A stretch of DNA of 63,738 bases, the filler included, from Reticulomyxa filosa (taxonomy: Eukaryota > Protista > Foraminifera), in NCBI GenBank assembly GCA_000512085.1. It is 19 parts of 19 records of this genome, joined end to end, with 100 filler letters (N's around TTAATTAATTAA, not from the genome) between each part and the next. Parts side by side here need not be neighbours in the genome. Positions count along the whole stretch, not along the records: positions 25,604 to 27,788 come from ASPP01020880.1; positions 27,889 to 30,591 come from ASPP01044296.1; positions 30,692 to 31,728 come from ASPP01027322.1; positions 31,829 to 38,071 come from ASPP01046468.1; positions 38,172 to 39,546 come from ASPP01025203.1; 14 more parts are not named here. The stretch is one strand, 5' to 3'. Shown here in pieces: positions 27,639 through 39,646 of this stretch. The first letter of the stretch is position 1, and each line of letters starts with the position of its first letter. The notes under the pieces are model-generated. The model had not been told where the DNA came from. It ran no database searches and saw only the letters and a list, made by a program, of their open reading frames with translations. Both the position numbers and the translations under genes were made by a program.

Positions 27639-27888
27639 AAGTGTTATTGTGTTTATTGTTATGGATAAAACGATTGCAATCGAGTGAGACGTGTGAAACG
27701 AATGAATGGGGAAGAGGAATGATGTCGACAAAGACAGTAGCGGAAGCGAACATAGAAGGAACAAGTTTGTTGGGATATGACGGAGTACNNNNNNNNNNNN
27801 NNNNNNNNNNNNNNNNNNNNNNNNNNNNNNNNTTAATTAATTAANNNNNNNNNNNNNNNNNNNNNNNNNNNNNNNNNNNNNNNNNNNN

Positions 27889-29112
27889 TCTTCTTCTTCT
27901 TCTTCTTCTTCTTCTTCATCATCATCATCATTATCTTCATGTTCTTCATCTTCATCTTGTTCTTCTTGTTTTTGTTTTTGATCCTGCTCAAGTGTGCTCA
28001 GGTATTCCTTTTCGCGATATTCGACCGTGTAACGATAGTACTCAACGGCTTGATCATACGTCTCCAATTGCTCCAGCCCATAGGCGTAATTGAAGTTTAT
28101 TTCATCTCGGTTTGTTAATGGAATACCTTGTTTCATTTTGGTTTATGTATGTATTTATTTCTTTGCTCATTTGTTTGTTTGTTTTTATTTATTAAGAACG
28201 AAGCAACTGTACCATTAAATCGATCAATGGTCCCGTCGTTATAAATATGGATAATCTGCTGATATTGCATGACAGCTTGATGATACTTTTTCCACTCAAT
28301 GTAAACATCTCCCAACTGCTTTCTGGACGCAATGTTTTGCGGCTCCAACCCTAGCGCCTTCAACAGATACTTTTCCGCCTCTTCGTGCTTTTTGAAACCG
28401 TGGGACAGCAGAATGGCGTAGCCGGCATACAAATGCGGCATTTGTTCCGCGTAAGGGAGCAGCGCTTGCCACTGTTCCAGAGACTTGTCAAAGTCTCCAC
28501 TCAAAAACGCGTGCTTTGCGATTTGCATTGCGCTTATGACATGAGGCTCTATGTCTTCCATCGCCTTTTCTGGATCTGCTGACTCTACCTCCTTTGCTTC
28601 TTCTGCTTCTTCTGCTTCTTCTGGCTCTACTTCGTCGTTTTTCTTGTCTTCTGGCTCTGGCTCTGGCTCTAGCTCTGTCTCTGTTTCTGGCTCTAGCTCT
28701 GTCTCTGGTTCTTCGGTCCGTTTCTCGTCGTCCAACTCGCTGAGCAGGATGCTCGACGATGACGGAGACAGCGTGCTGTGAGTTGTAAAGTTCGACGACA
28801 GACGGCCATGCTTGTCGATGCCGTCGATGCTTCCAAGATGCGACGTCGGAGCCAGTCGATCGTCGTATTTACGCACGCCATTGGGACGAGGCCTTGTGTC
28901 ATTGGACTTGGAGGCGCGCATCTTGGGGTTATCGTTTTGATCGCGTTTGCTTCCGAGGAGCGATATCGACAGTCGCGGAATCATCTCGGTTGTGCTTCGT
29001 CGAGTCGTTTGGCTATGGAGATCCATTATCGTTTGCTCTTCCTCAAATCCAATGCTCTCACTGGTTTGGTTGCTGAATTTCACAATGGCGTCTAAACGAT
29101 CACTTGCTACTT

Positions 29113-29155
<43 letters not shown>

Positions 29156-30543
29156 ACATGTATATGTATACATATTTATTTATTTGCTATTTCAAAACTG
29201 GCAGTCGAAAGTGCAGGTACACTGATATGTGCCAATCGTCTTGAACTATTGTTTCGAGACGACAATGTCTGAGGACGAGTCGCAGCAGCAGTAGAAACGA
29301 TCGTATGAACGTCTTTCTCTTCGTAGTTTGTTGCATTTGTCACGTTAGACACGTTTGAAATGCGCATGGATTGAGTGAAGTTAACTTCTTCCGGAAGGGC
29401 CGTGGACAAAGAGGCGTGAGAAGAACTCGGGAACATGATCAAATCGCTGTTTCGAATGGTGCTCAACAGCAGCGCGTTTTCCGACTGCGCGTCGTGGAAC
29501 ATAGGAGAGTTGAGGGAGGTGCTTTGCAAAAGATCCGAGGATCCTTTGGATGCGTTGGGATAACGCAGGTGGTGCGAAGGCGGTCGCAAGGTATGTTGAC
29601 TGGAGGAGTTGGATATCTGTTGTTCGGTCCATTGCAATGAGTTTGGTGTTGTTGTGGTATCCACCGGCCCCGGTGATTGAGAAGGCGAGGAAAGCGAGGA
29701 AAGCTGTGAGTTTAATCGTGGCGTGGTTTTCAAAGGACCCGATGGGACAGGAAGGAAAGAAGGGGAGATTTGAGTAGTCGGGGTCGTTTCCGTCGGCGCT
29801 TGAAAGCGCATACGATAGGAAATGGCTTTGCGGTATGGTTGGTCACTGATGCTTTGGCTAGTATTAATATTATTATTATTATTATTGTTATTATTATTAT
29901 TATTATTATTACTATTACTATTGTTGTTGTTATTATTGATGTTATCCGTACTGTTGTTACTAATGTTACTGGTATTACTGTTGTTACCAATGTTAGCATT
30001 AAGGTTGAAATGCAGCGACGACAAGTCTGCCAAGGACACATCGGCGACATTGATAGAGTGAACTGGATCACGTTCGTCCAAAGTCTTTCTCATCCCCTCG
30101 TTCTTACTGCTGTCATAGTTGCCACCACTGTCACTGTATGGGTTGCTATTTTGTGGAGACACTTGAAACGGTCCAGGATAATACTTCCAGCTCTCTCCTC
30201 CACTTTCGATCATTTGTTGAGAGGACTTGTTCTCATCCTTATTATTATTATTATTATTGGGATTATCATTATCATTGTCATTATTGTTATTATTCTCTTC
30301 ATCTCCGTTGGAGTCATTCGCTTGTTCATGTTGGACAATGAGAGGATTCTTTGTTTGATCTTGCATGGCCATTGAATTGATATCGATGAAAGCGATTCGG
30401 TATGGTAGTGCTTTGGGATTAGTCAGGTCTTCGTCAGAGAGCCAATTGGAAAATCCTCCGTCCGCTGGTGAGGTCACCGTATTCTCAAGCACAATACTGG
30501 ATTTGTTTTTTTTGTGATGGGATACTCGGCCACCGATCGACAA
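27889..30543 (-). CDS. TPR-repeat protein with long Asn/Ser/Glu-rich disordered region (both ends partial)
   Basis: AGYAILLSHGFKKHEEAEKYLLKALGLEPQNIASRKQLGDVYIEWKKYHQA and NYAYGLEQLETYDQAVEYYR are TPR-like. Poly-N at 29866-29935; (TA)n intron at ~29112-29190. Confidence 0.75.
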
Positions 30544-30553
30544 CGAAACCTTT

Positions 30554-30591
<38 letters not shown>

Positions 30592-30691
30592 NNNNNNNNN
30601 NNNNNNNNNNNNNNNNNNNNNNNNNNNNNNNNNNNTTAATTAATTAANNNNNNNNNNNNNNNNNNNNNNNNNNNNNNNNNNNNNNNNNNNN

Positions 30692-31663
30692 AAGGATAAG
30701 GATAAGAGCAAGAGCAAGGGCAAGAGCAAGAGCAAGAGCAAGAGCAAAGACAAGAACAAGGATAAAGAAAATGAAGATGATGATGATGATGGTGGTAATG
30801 ATGATGATGATGATGATGGTGATGATGGTGATGATGGTGAAAATGAAAATAAAAGATAAAGAAGAAGCACAGTCTAACAATAAAAAAACCAAACAACAAC
30901 AACAAAGAAGAAGAAGAAGAAGAAGAAGAAGAAAAAGAAAAAGAAAATAAAGAAATGTCATTGGAAGAAAAAAAAGCCAAAGTAGCAATTGAAAAAGCTC
31001 GGATGAAACGAGCCGCTCATACACCGATGACGGTGGAACACTTCAAAGCGATGATGGCACTGATTCGCGACGAGTTTGCGAGGAACAAGAAACTAAAGCT
31101 GGCCAAAGCCAAGGCCAAGGAGATCCTGAAACTCGAAGGCAACAAATACTTGCAAAACATTGTGCTTTGCCAAAAGATATTCGACGCCATCATCAGCGGC
31201 GAGAAGTTGGACGTGCAGAGCACGTATCTGACCGACAAGCTGACGGAAGAGGAGTTGAACGACTCCAAGTTTATTCTTAAAGAGTTGTCCTCACGTAAAG
31301 CCGATTGGAGAAGACGTCTCGATATCCTCACATACGTGGAAGAGCACTTGGACGAATACGAGTACTGCGACGAACTTATCTCCGATGATAACGTGCGCGC
31401 TTTTGTATACGGATGGACCGCTCAAATCCTGGATGATCGCTCCCATCTGTCCCAGACCGCCTGTCGTCTGTTCCCCTCGGTCGTGTCGTCCATTATCGCT
31501 CGCAAGGAGAGTGTCAATTGCTTCTTCGAAGAGGAGGGTCTTCTCGACTCCATGTTTCTGGCCTTGTTCACCGTCGTACGTGGAAAAAGAGCTCCCGAAT
31601 TGTGCAAGATCGGTGAAATCGCTGCTGTTCAAATTTTGGATATTTTGGCTAATGTTGCTGAAG
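30692..31663 (+). CDS. TOG/HEAT-repeat (CLASP_N-like) microtubule-binding protein fragment after an acidic low-complexity region
   Basis: DWRRRLDILTYVEE and QILDDRSHLSQTACRLF match the CLASP TOG motifs WxxRxxxL and DxRSxVxxxAC. Ends at intron donor GAAG|GTTTTT. Confidence 0.62.
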
Positions 31664-31688
31664 GTTTTTTTTTTTTTTTTAAAACAAA

Positions 31689-31728
<40 letters not shown>

Positions 31729-32715
31729 NNNNNNNNNNNNNNNNNNNNNNNNNNNNNNNNNNNNNNNNNNNNTTAATTAATTAANNNNNNNNNNNNNNNN
31801 NNNNNNNNNNNNNNNNNNNNNNNNNNNNGTTTTGTCAATGTTGTAGCATTGAAAACCATTTTTTTAAGTTGCAAAGAAAAAAAAATTATGTTATTACCCA
31901 AACTTCAGAATTGGATTGATATACTTAATCATTATATAAATCTTTTTTTTTATGAAAAGACTTTTTACAATAACATAATTAATATTCTCGAATTTGCATA
32001 AAATAAAATGCTAAGTTTTTTATTATTCTTCAAAAAAAGGATTGTAATGCGTGAAAACTGAAATCGGTAACGTACGAACTAGAGCAACAGTACACTTAGG
32101 TACTACCTCGTTAAACAATATTTGACAGGTGTTGTGGGGTACCACCTCCTATGAGATGCGCATGTAGTGGCATTTGTTGTTGATATGGGACCTGTTGTAA
32201 GCCCGGGTCCTGGGGGTGTGTTGCTCGTAGGCTTTTTTTTTTAATTAAAAAAAATATTAGTTGGAGAATGTTTTTTCTTTAAAACTCAAAGAAATACTAA
32301 GATCGAATTTGTGATATGTCTATAGATGAAGACAAAGCACGAATTTTTTTTTATCAATTCGTGGATGTGCTTCAATGTGGTAGTTTTGCATCAAACACTT
32401 GCATTTTTAACTACGTTTCAAATTTTGGAGGGAAACGAGAAAAAGAAACTTGTTATTTTTTGTGATAATCTAATGTTGAATAAATAAGAGCGAGTGTTCA
32501 AAATGGGGATGTTATATCGCAAAAGTTTTCTAACGATTTTTTTTTGGGTCATTTTTTACTTTTACAATTTGTTTTCCAGCCTCGAACTAATTCTAAATTT
32601 GAAAAGAGCCTATAATTCGCTTTTCAACACTTTGTTTTAATTTTAAATTGAAAAAAATTTTAGAGATGCTGTTTTTCAATTTTGGTAAAGATAGCATTCC
32701 ATTATTTTCACGTCG

Positions 32716-35700
32716 TTAAAATAAGCTGCAAGGCCGCAAAGACCCCCATGATCTGCCAATTTGAAGATGGGCTTTCAATGGCACACGCAATGGTAAGCAA
32801 TTTTCCATATTGTGCTTTATTAATTTCTATTCATGGATAACAAATTTTAGTTTTAAAAAATTTGAAAAATAAACTACTCTTAAGAAAAAAAAGATGAAGA
32901 TCAAACAAATACATTTTCCAGGCGACATAACTGTGACTTTTAAAAAGTTTTCGGATTTGACTTCGAACAGTAATTCATTGTCAATTTGCAAAACTAATTT
33001 TGCAACGCTGTTTGAATATTGCTGGAATGACGGCGCAGCAAACAAGGAATTGTTTGTGTAACCAAGCATATATGTGGAACAGGACGACTCCAGAACAAGC
33101 AGCTCACAATAGATTTTCACCATTGCACATTTAATAATATCTGTTTCAGATCCCTTAAACAGAGTGCTAATAATTTTTCGGTGAGTATTCTCACAATAAG
33201 TACTTTTTTGTGGAACCGTATTCTTCAAGTATTGCCGTCGGCCCAATAAACTAGCAACAAATCCTCTTCTGCAACATGTTAAAATAATGTCTTCCAAGTA
33301 CTGCATTGATTTAGGAAACTTGAGCTTGAATTTTATGACAATGTCGACAATATCGTCAAAATTTTTTTTCAATTTATTTGCAATGGTATGATAGGTTTGT
33401 CCACGAATAAGCCCGTCCAAAATAAATTCGACATTCTTTTTTTCTTCAGTTGTTACCTTCACAATTTATAATTTGACAATTGCTTTTAAAAATTGCTTCG
33501 TATTTTAATAATTTTAAACACAACAAAATAATTCGTCAAAGTAACTTGTGCACAAGGTTTGTTAAGAATTTGTGAGGAAATATTGGTTATCACGTCCAAA
33601 TCGGATTTCATCACGTGGAGTAAATTTTCATCGTCTGCAAAATAAGCCAACTGTTTTTATTTTGTCGATGCTGCACATATTTCTTTTTTCTCAACACCAA
33701 CATAAACATATTTCTTTGTTTTCCATACCAATCTCAATCCAAGTTGAGAAAAAGTTGCAGATAAAAATACATATCCCAATGGGGCAAGAAAAGTATCTCT
33801 GTACAGGAATAATGCACAAAAAAAATGCTAATTGTATCAAACAGTGAAAACAGAGCATGTAAACAAAAGAGACATACCTTGGAGCAAACGTGACGGCATG
33901 AAAAGGGAACACTCTCTGAGAAGTGTCGACAGGTGGATTTGGAATTAATTGTTGTTCAAATTTTTTAATTTGTTCGAAAGCACGCAATCTCCACACTTTA
34001 TCTGCAGGAAAGATGTAAGACTTACTATCAACTTTGCCAACTACCTCTTGACTTAATGCAGAGTGACTATCTTTTTTGTTGCCGCCTGCCTCGGTTTTCT
34101 CTTCTTCTTTTTTGTTTACACAAGGCCGATCGAAGATTCCAATGCGAACTTCGCATTGGACAATATTTTCGTCGTTGAATTCGAATCCTTTTTCTTTCCA
34201 ATACTTTGCCAGATTAGTTCCTTCAATAAATGGATCATTCACCGTACGATCCTTATCATAGACATGATTCAATTTAATATTAAATTAGAAATAAATGAGC
34301 GATATAACATTGAAGAAACAAAATCAATTAAAGTAATGATAGTTAACCGAGTGAATGGCAACAAGGGTCCCATAGCTATGTGCCCTTCGAACAAAAGCAC
34401 TTGCGACTTTGTCACACATTATGCCATCGTCATTCGTTTCGATTTCGCTTTGTCGCACACAGTGTGCAACAATTATATCCAATTGCAACTCATTTTCGTT
34501 TGTGTGCAGACGACTAGCGAAATCGGCCATATCTCGTCCCATTTTTTTCTCTTCCCAGACGGAATAGCGTTTTACCTTTTTTAAATGTCGTATTCAGGAA
34601 GTAAAAATTGATAACAAAAAAAAAAAAGTCTTGAAGTATTTAGCTACTCAACAGGTTGAAAAGTAAGCTGGCTTTCAACACATTGTAGATTCGGCCAAAC
34701 CAAGCGTAAGCTTCCTGTCTTAGTTCTTGCATGTTCTATTGACGGATGTTGTCGTTCAATATGACAGCTGTCCTCACGATAACAAAAAACACAAACTGTA
34801 ACAAATTATTGAAATTTAAACATTACCAAATAAAAGTTTAACCTTTTATCGAACTTTGCATGGCTGACCAAAGGTTTGACAAAATTAGAAACAAATTGAG
34901 ACAAGCGTTTGTGTTCCTAAATCCCAAATATATATTATATATCAAACAAAACTTTGAATAACAGAAGCAACGTGGACTCGAGAAGATAACAAAAAAAAAA
35001 AAGAAAAAATATAATTACGCCAACATACCACAAGCAAAGGAACGATAGGATGCAATTGAGTAAATAGTTCCAATTCTACTTGTTGGAATTGGCACGCCTT
35101 CATATCACTACAATTCAAATTATCAATGTTATTAGGAAGAGGAAGTTTCAGCACTTGGAAGAGAATACGGTGGCAATCTTGAGGAGAAGATAAATCAAAG
35201 TCTTCTCCTGCCAAAAGACGTGCCTTTTTGATCAAATCCTCAAGTTTTATTTCCATTTCCAGTTGATGTTGTTGAGCAACTTTAGAAGAAAATCCAACTC
35301 CGTGACATTCCATTTCCATTAACACGTGCGACAGGGGCGATTCCATGCACAAAAATGCACTGTTTTATTGGTCATACGTATTTTTATGTAGAGATAAAAA
35401 AACAAGTTTCCCTTCTCAAAGAGCAAACAACAAAAAAAGAGCAATTGTATTTTGTCATAATGTTCGACGTGTACCGTAATGATTGGCGCTTACGAAGAGC
35501 AGATAAGATACGGCCCATGGATAAAAACATTTGCCACGTTTCTAAGCTTTTTTTTCGACAAATTTTACTGACAGAGATTTTACCAGTAGGCAAAATCCGC
35601 AGCTGATCTTCGATGGAAACATCATGGTTTATTTTATCACTTGACATTTGGTTCAGTGAAACATCACGACACCACAGTTTAAAAATGCTGTCGACACTAG

Positions 35701-38035
35701 GCAGCTGAGTTGTATTATACTGTGATGTTAACGTCCAATGCGCAATACGCACATCCCACACTTGTCCTTTGACGCGGATACCAACTTTGTTAAGTAGTGC
35801 CAATTGAAGTTTACAATTGTATCCAATTTTCACTAAAGCGGGATCTTCGAAAGCTGTAGGGAAAGAGGAGTTTTTTTCATCATAAATAAACGAACATTAC
35901 GTCTTCATACTTATGTACAAATGAAAAAAAAGACCTGCAGCAATATCTGCCCAAACCATAGCTTTGTGAATGAAAGAAGGAGTCTCACACGAAGGATGAT
36001 TAATGGGGATGATAAAAATTTTTTGTTCGCACCACGAAACAGCTAACGCACTAACGCTGCTCCGACTTACACGAGGGGGCAACTTTGATTATTCACACAC
36101 AAAACAATAACCAAAAAAAAAAAAATGAACAAGTAACAAAAAGAAAAGAAATTTTTTTTTTAAAAAAGCCAGTCAACTCCTAATTGAAAATCGAATACAT
36201 TTTCCATTTTCATTTCTGTAATATTGGGTTCTGAGGATTGACAGGTAGTCCATATCGAAAATGAGAAAATATTTTGTTCATGCCAAAGCCGAACAAAAGT
36301 TTCATATGTTTCTTGATTTGCAAAAACATTAATGGCAATCGGCAATGTGGGAATATTTTCTCTAGTGTTATGCATTGCAGTTGGTACTTTATGTCTCCAT
36401 AACAGATCTTCCATGTTTTCGTTAAGCCAATTCATAGCACGTATATCCTCAATGCCTGTTGTTCCAACAAATGTGTTATCTTGAGTCTTTTCGCATTTAC
36501 CCATGTCACTCGAATAAGGGCTCATGCTTTTGTCATTTGTCATTGCTATTGTCCGCGATATTGGCGATGGAGATGGGCATGACAGATGTAATTGATGAAC
36601 TAATACATTCAATGTACTATTTGCACAATTTACCTCGACATGGGGTGATAATTGCATTGTTTTTTGGCTTGAATTGACATTTAAATTACTTGTGACAATA
36701 TCAATTTGTTCTATTCTTTTAAATTCGCAGTTCTTTGCATTAATGGAACAGTAGTTTAGTCCACGATGAGAGATGGATTCAACAAACGGATTCGAACGAC
36801 GTCGTTTCTTCTCTGAGTGTAATTGAGAGGCCCCAGTCACAGATGATCCATTTAGTGTTTTTGTATTTTTGTTATTGTCGCTTGCTATTGGCTGTGTTGA
36901 AGGAAAACATATGTCCAACGTCACTTCATCGCTCAGTTTTTGTGAATTTGTATAGTAGTCATTTGTATTGTCCAAACTAATGAGTTCCTCATCTGTTATT
37001 TGTGTAGAAGACATCACCTTCCTTTTTTTAAGTGGTGGCACCAACATATGTTCATCATTTGCAAACATTGCTTTGTCTTTGTTCGTCTCATTATTTTGCA
37101 TGTCTTTGTCCGGCCAATGTCGCTTTCGATTACCACCTTCATTGAACAGATTAGAGCTCTATTGCCATACACACACAAATTTATTTGTGATTCACACATC
37201 ATTCTAGACAAACAAAAGAAATATCTTTTAAGGTATATCTCTATTTCTCACCAGTGTATCAAACGATTGACTTGATACAGGATTTGAATGGTTCATTGTT
37301 TTCATAACATCTGTTGCAACAAAAGATCAACACAAGATAAATGTTATCCGCCACAAAGCACAGAGTTGAAACTTTTATTCGTTGATGAAGGTTGTAGCAG
37401 ATCGTCTGGTGGTTGATGTGTGATAGATACACCATGAGAATGCCATGGCTTTGGTGACAGCAGCTGATTCACATTGGATTGAATCGACTTTGTCAAACGG
37501 TTTAACTCATTCTGTGCTTCCTTGTCTTTGCGAAGAATGGTATCTATTGTTTCCATGTCACTTTGCACAGGCTTGTCATCATAGCTTTCCAAACTCTCAG
37601 TTTTGCAATCGTTGTTCGATGGTTTGAAAGGCAATACGTCTGTTTTCGATAATACGTGGCCACTTGGTGATTGACTTGCGTTTGTACTCGCCGACCCACG
37701 GGACCCCTTGATTGGGGTTCTTCTTGTCACATTAGCACATATTCGATTACCAGTCGATCCATTGGTAAGTGTTGATGGCTTTCTCCAGGTTGTTGAAGGG
37801 ACATCAATATCCAAAGAGTTCATAGATTTTGGGTCCATCATTGACGCAAGATCAAAATCAACCTCACTATAAACCGATGCTATTTGTTGACTTTGAGCTA
37901 ACGCTTTTCTGGAGTTTGCTATCTTTTGTTCTTTCTTTATTTGCTTTTCAAATATTTTTTGCGCTTTCTCTTGGGCCAGTGTCACCAACATTGTTCCCAG
38001 TCTTGGATTCACCTTATGTCGGTCACGTTTTCGTT

Positions 38036-38036
<1 letters not shown>
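32716..38036 (-). CDS. POLQ: DNA polymerase theta-like (family A) protein, C-terminal part (linker, inactive exonuclease-like domain, polymerase fold with substituted catalytic motifs); 5' partial, many exons
   Basis: KIGYNCK...VWDVRIAHWTL; MESPLSHVLMEMECHGVGF; FDLSSPQDCHRILFQVLKLP; HPIV; TKTGSLRLVWPNLQ; RDTFLAPLGYVFLSATFSQLGLRLLAYFADD; GFVASLLGRRQYL; FKGSETDIIKCAMVKI; LVLQIDNELLFEV; last exon MENCLPLRVPLKAHLQIGRSWGSL, stop at 32716-32718. Confidence 0.82.
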
Positions 38037-38071
<35 letters not shown>

Positions 38072-38379
38072 NNNNNNNNNNNNNNNNNNNNNNNNNNNNN
38101 NNNNNNNNNNNNNNNTTAATTAATTAANNNNNNNNNNNNNNNNNNNNNNNNNNNNNNNNNNNNNNNNNNNNCTTTTATTATTTTTTCTTTTTATTATCCT
38201 TTTTTTCTTATTATCATTTTCCCCCCCTCCTTATTATCAATTTTTTCCCATCCCCATTATAGAACAAATTACATACTTTCTTTGCCTTTGCTGCACCTGA
38301 GTATCCAATTCAATCTTTTTCCTGAGAACACACTGACAATGCTTTTTTTTTTTGAATAAAGTATAAAAAATATATGTAT

Positions 38380-38810
38380 ATATGTATAATGTTTTTTTCT
38401 TTGCTAGGGGGAATTCCTGTTTCACCAAGCACACACACAACCACATCGTATATCGAAAAAATTATACAAAAAAAAACAACATACAAACCTTTGTTTTTTC
38501 TTTTGCACACTGGATAGATTTCAACCCCAGTTTTTTTGATATCTTTTTGTGTGTAAGTGGGGAAATACACGGAACTATATTTGGTGGGCGGGGGAATTCC
38601 TATTACAAACACACAACAGATTATTACGTTTTAAAAAAAGAAAAAAACAATCGAACCTTGTTTGTCCTTTCGGAGACGGGGGTGGCATTCTACCCGATAA
38701 CACATAAAGTATTTTGCATTGGTGGCTTGGCACTACGAGAGATTGGGGAGTCTCAACACTATGGATGTTGTGGAGACATATAATGTAGCACCATATTCCA
38801 ATTGCCAGAT
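38380..38810 (+). CDS. Kelch-repeat-like fragments, possibly a pseudogene
   Basis: GTIFGGRG and VFCIGGL...VVETYNV are kelch-like GG and Y(D/N) motifs, in different frames. Confidence 0.3.
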
Positions 38811-38929
38811 GAAATGGCTTTGCATTGTTTTTTTTGGGAGATCTCGTGCATTTATCAAATATTTATTTGGAAAATTGCACTCCCAATATTTTCATTGCGT
38901 CTGGGTTGCGAGTCACCCACATCACAAGA

Positions 38930-39546
38930 ATTTGTTCTGACTCATTTCTTTGCCACTATTGTCAGTCTCGTCATCCACCAATTGCTCAACGCTTTGTGCA
39001 ATATATTCAACAAGCGGAGCATATCCATTTGTTCAAATCGGCCTGAGTCTATTGTATATTTTAGATACCAAGATTGTCATTTTTTTAATAATAAGTCTAA
39101 AAGAAATTTCTTTTTTGCTACTAACTGGACATTTGATTCGCTGACACATTGCATATTGCGAAAGACGATGTTATTTTCGATGATATGCCAACAACAAGCA
39201 CACCAAATTCTTTTTTGATGTCGACTCTTGAGTACAATGTCTATCCATTTTTGTCAACGCATCGACCTCGCTCAATGTCCCGCCGTTGTACTGTTTTGTC
39301 TATTTTAAGATAATTTTTTTGTGTTAGTTATTTTTTCTATGAAAAGATTAATTATAGTGATAAAATGAAAAAATAGATTGTCATTGAGAAAATGAAAAAA
39401 TAAATATTTCTTTAATTACCCGCGCCAATCCAATGATAAATGAATCGAAGTTAGTCATGCTGTCTTTTTTGGTGCCAATTATATCCAACAATCGCCCTCC
39501 ATTAATTTCACGCAAATTGAAATAGTCTAAAACTACTTCATTTGTC
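38930..39546 (-). CDS. 3' exons of an unknown gene
   Basis: Coding-like segments LDYFNLREINGGRLLDIIG..., KQYNGGTLSEVDALTK... and PLVEYIAQSVEQLVDD..., separated by AT-rich introns. Confidence 0.3.
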
Positions 39547-39646
39547 NNNNNNNNNNNNNNNNNNNNNNNNNNNNNNNNNNNNNNNNNNNNTTAATTAATT
39601 AANNNNNNNNNNNNNNNNNNNNNNNNNNNNNNNNNNNNNNNNNNNN

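Noticed and set aside
29730-31024. Overlapping ORFs rich in I/L/H/S on opposite strands
   Set aside because: They are antisense or alternative-frame readings of trinucleotide repeats (AAT, GAT, GAA) within real low-complexity exons.
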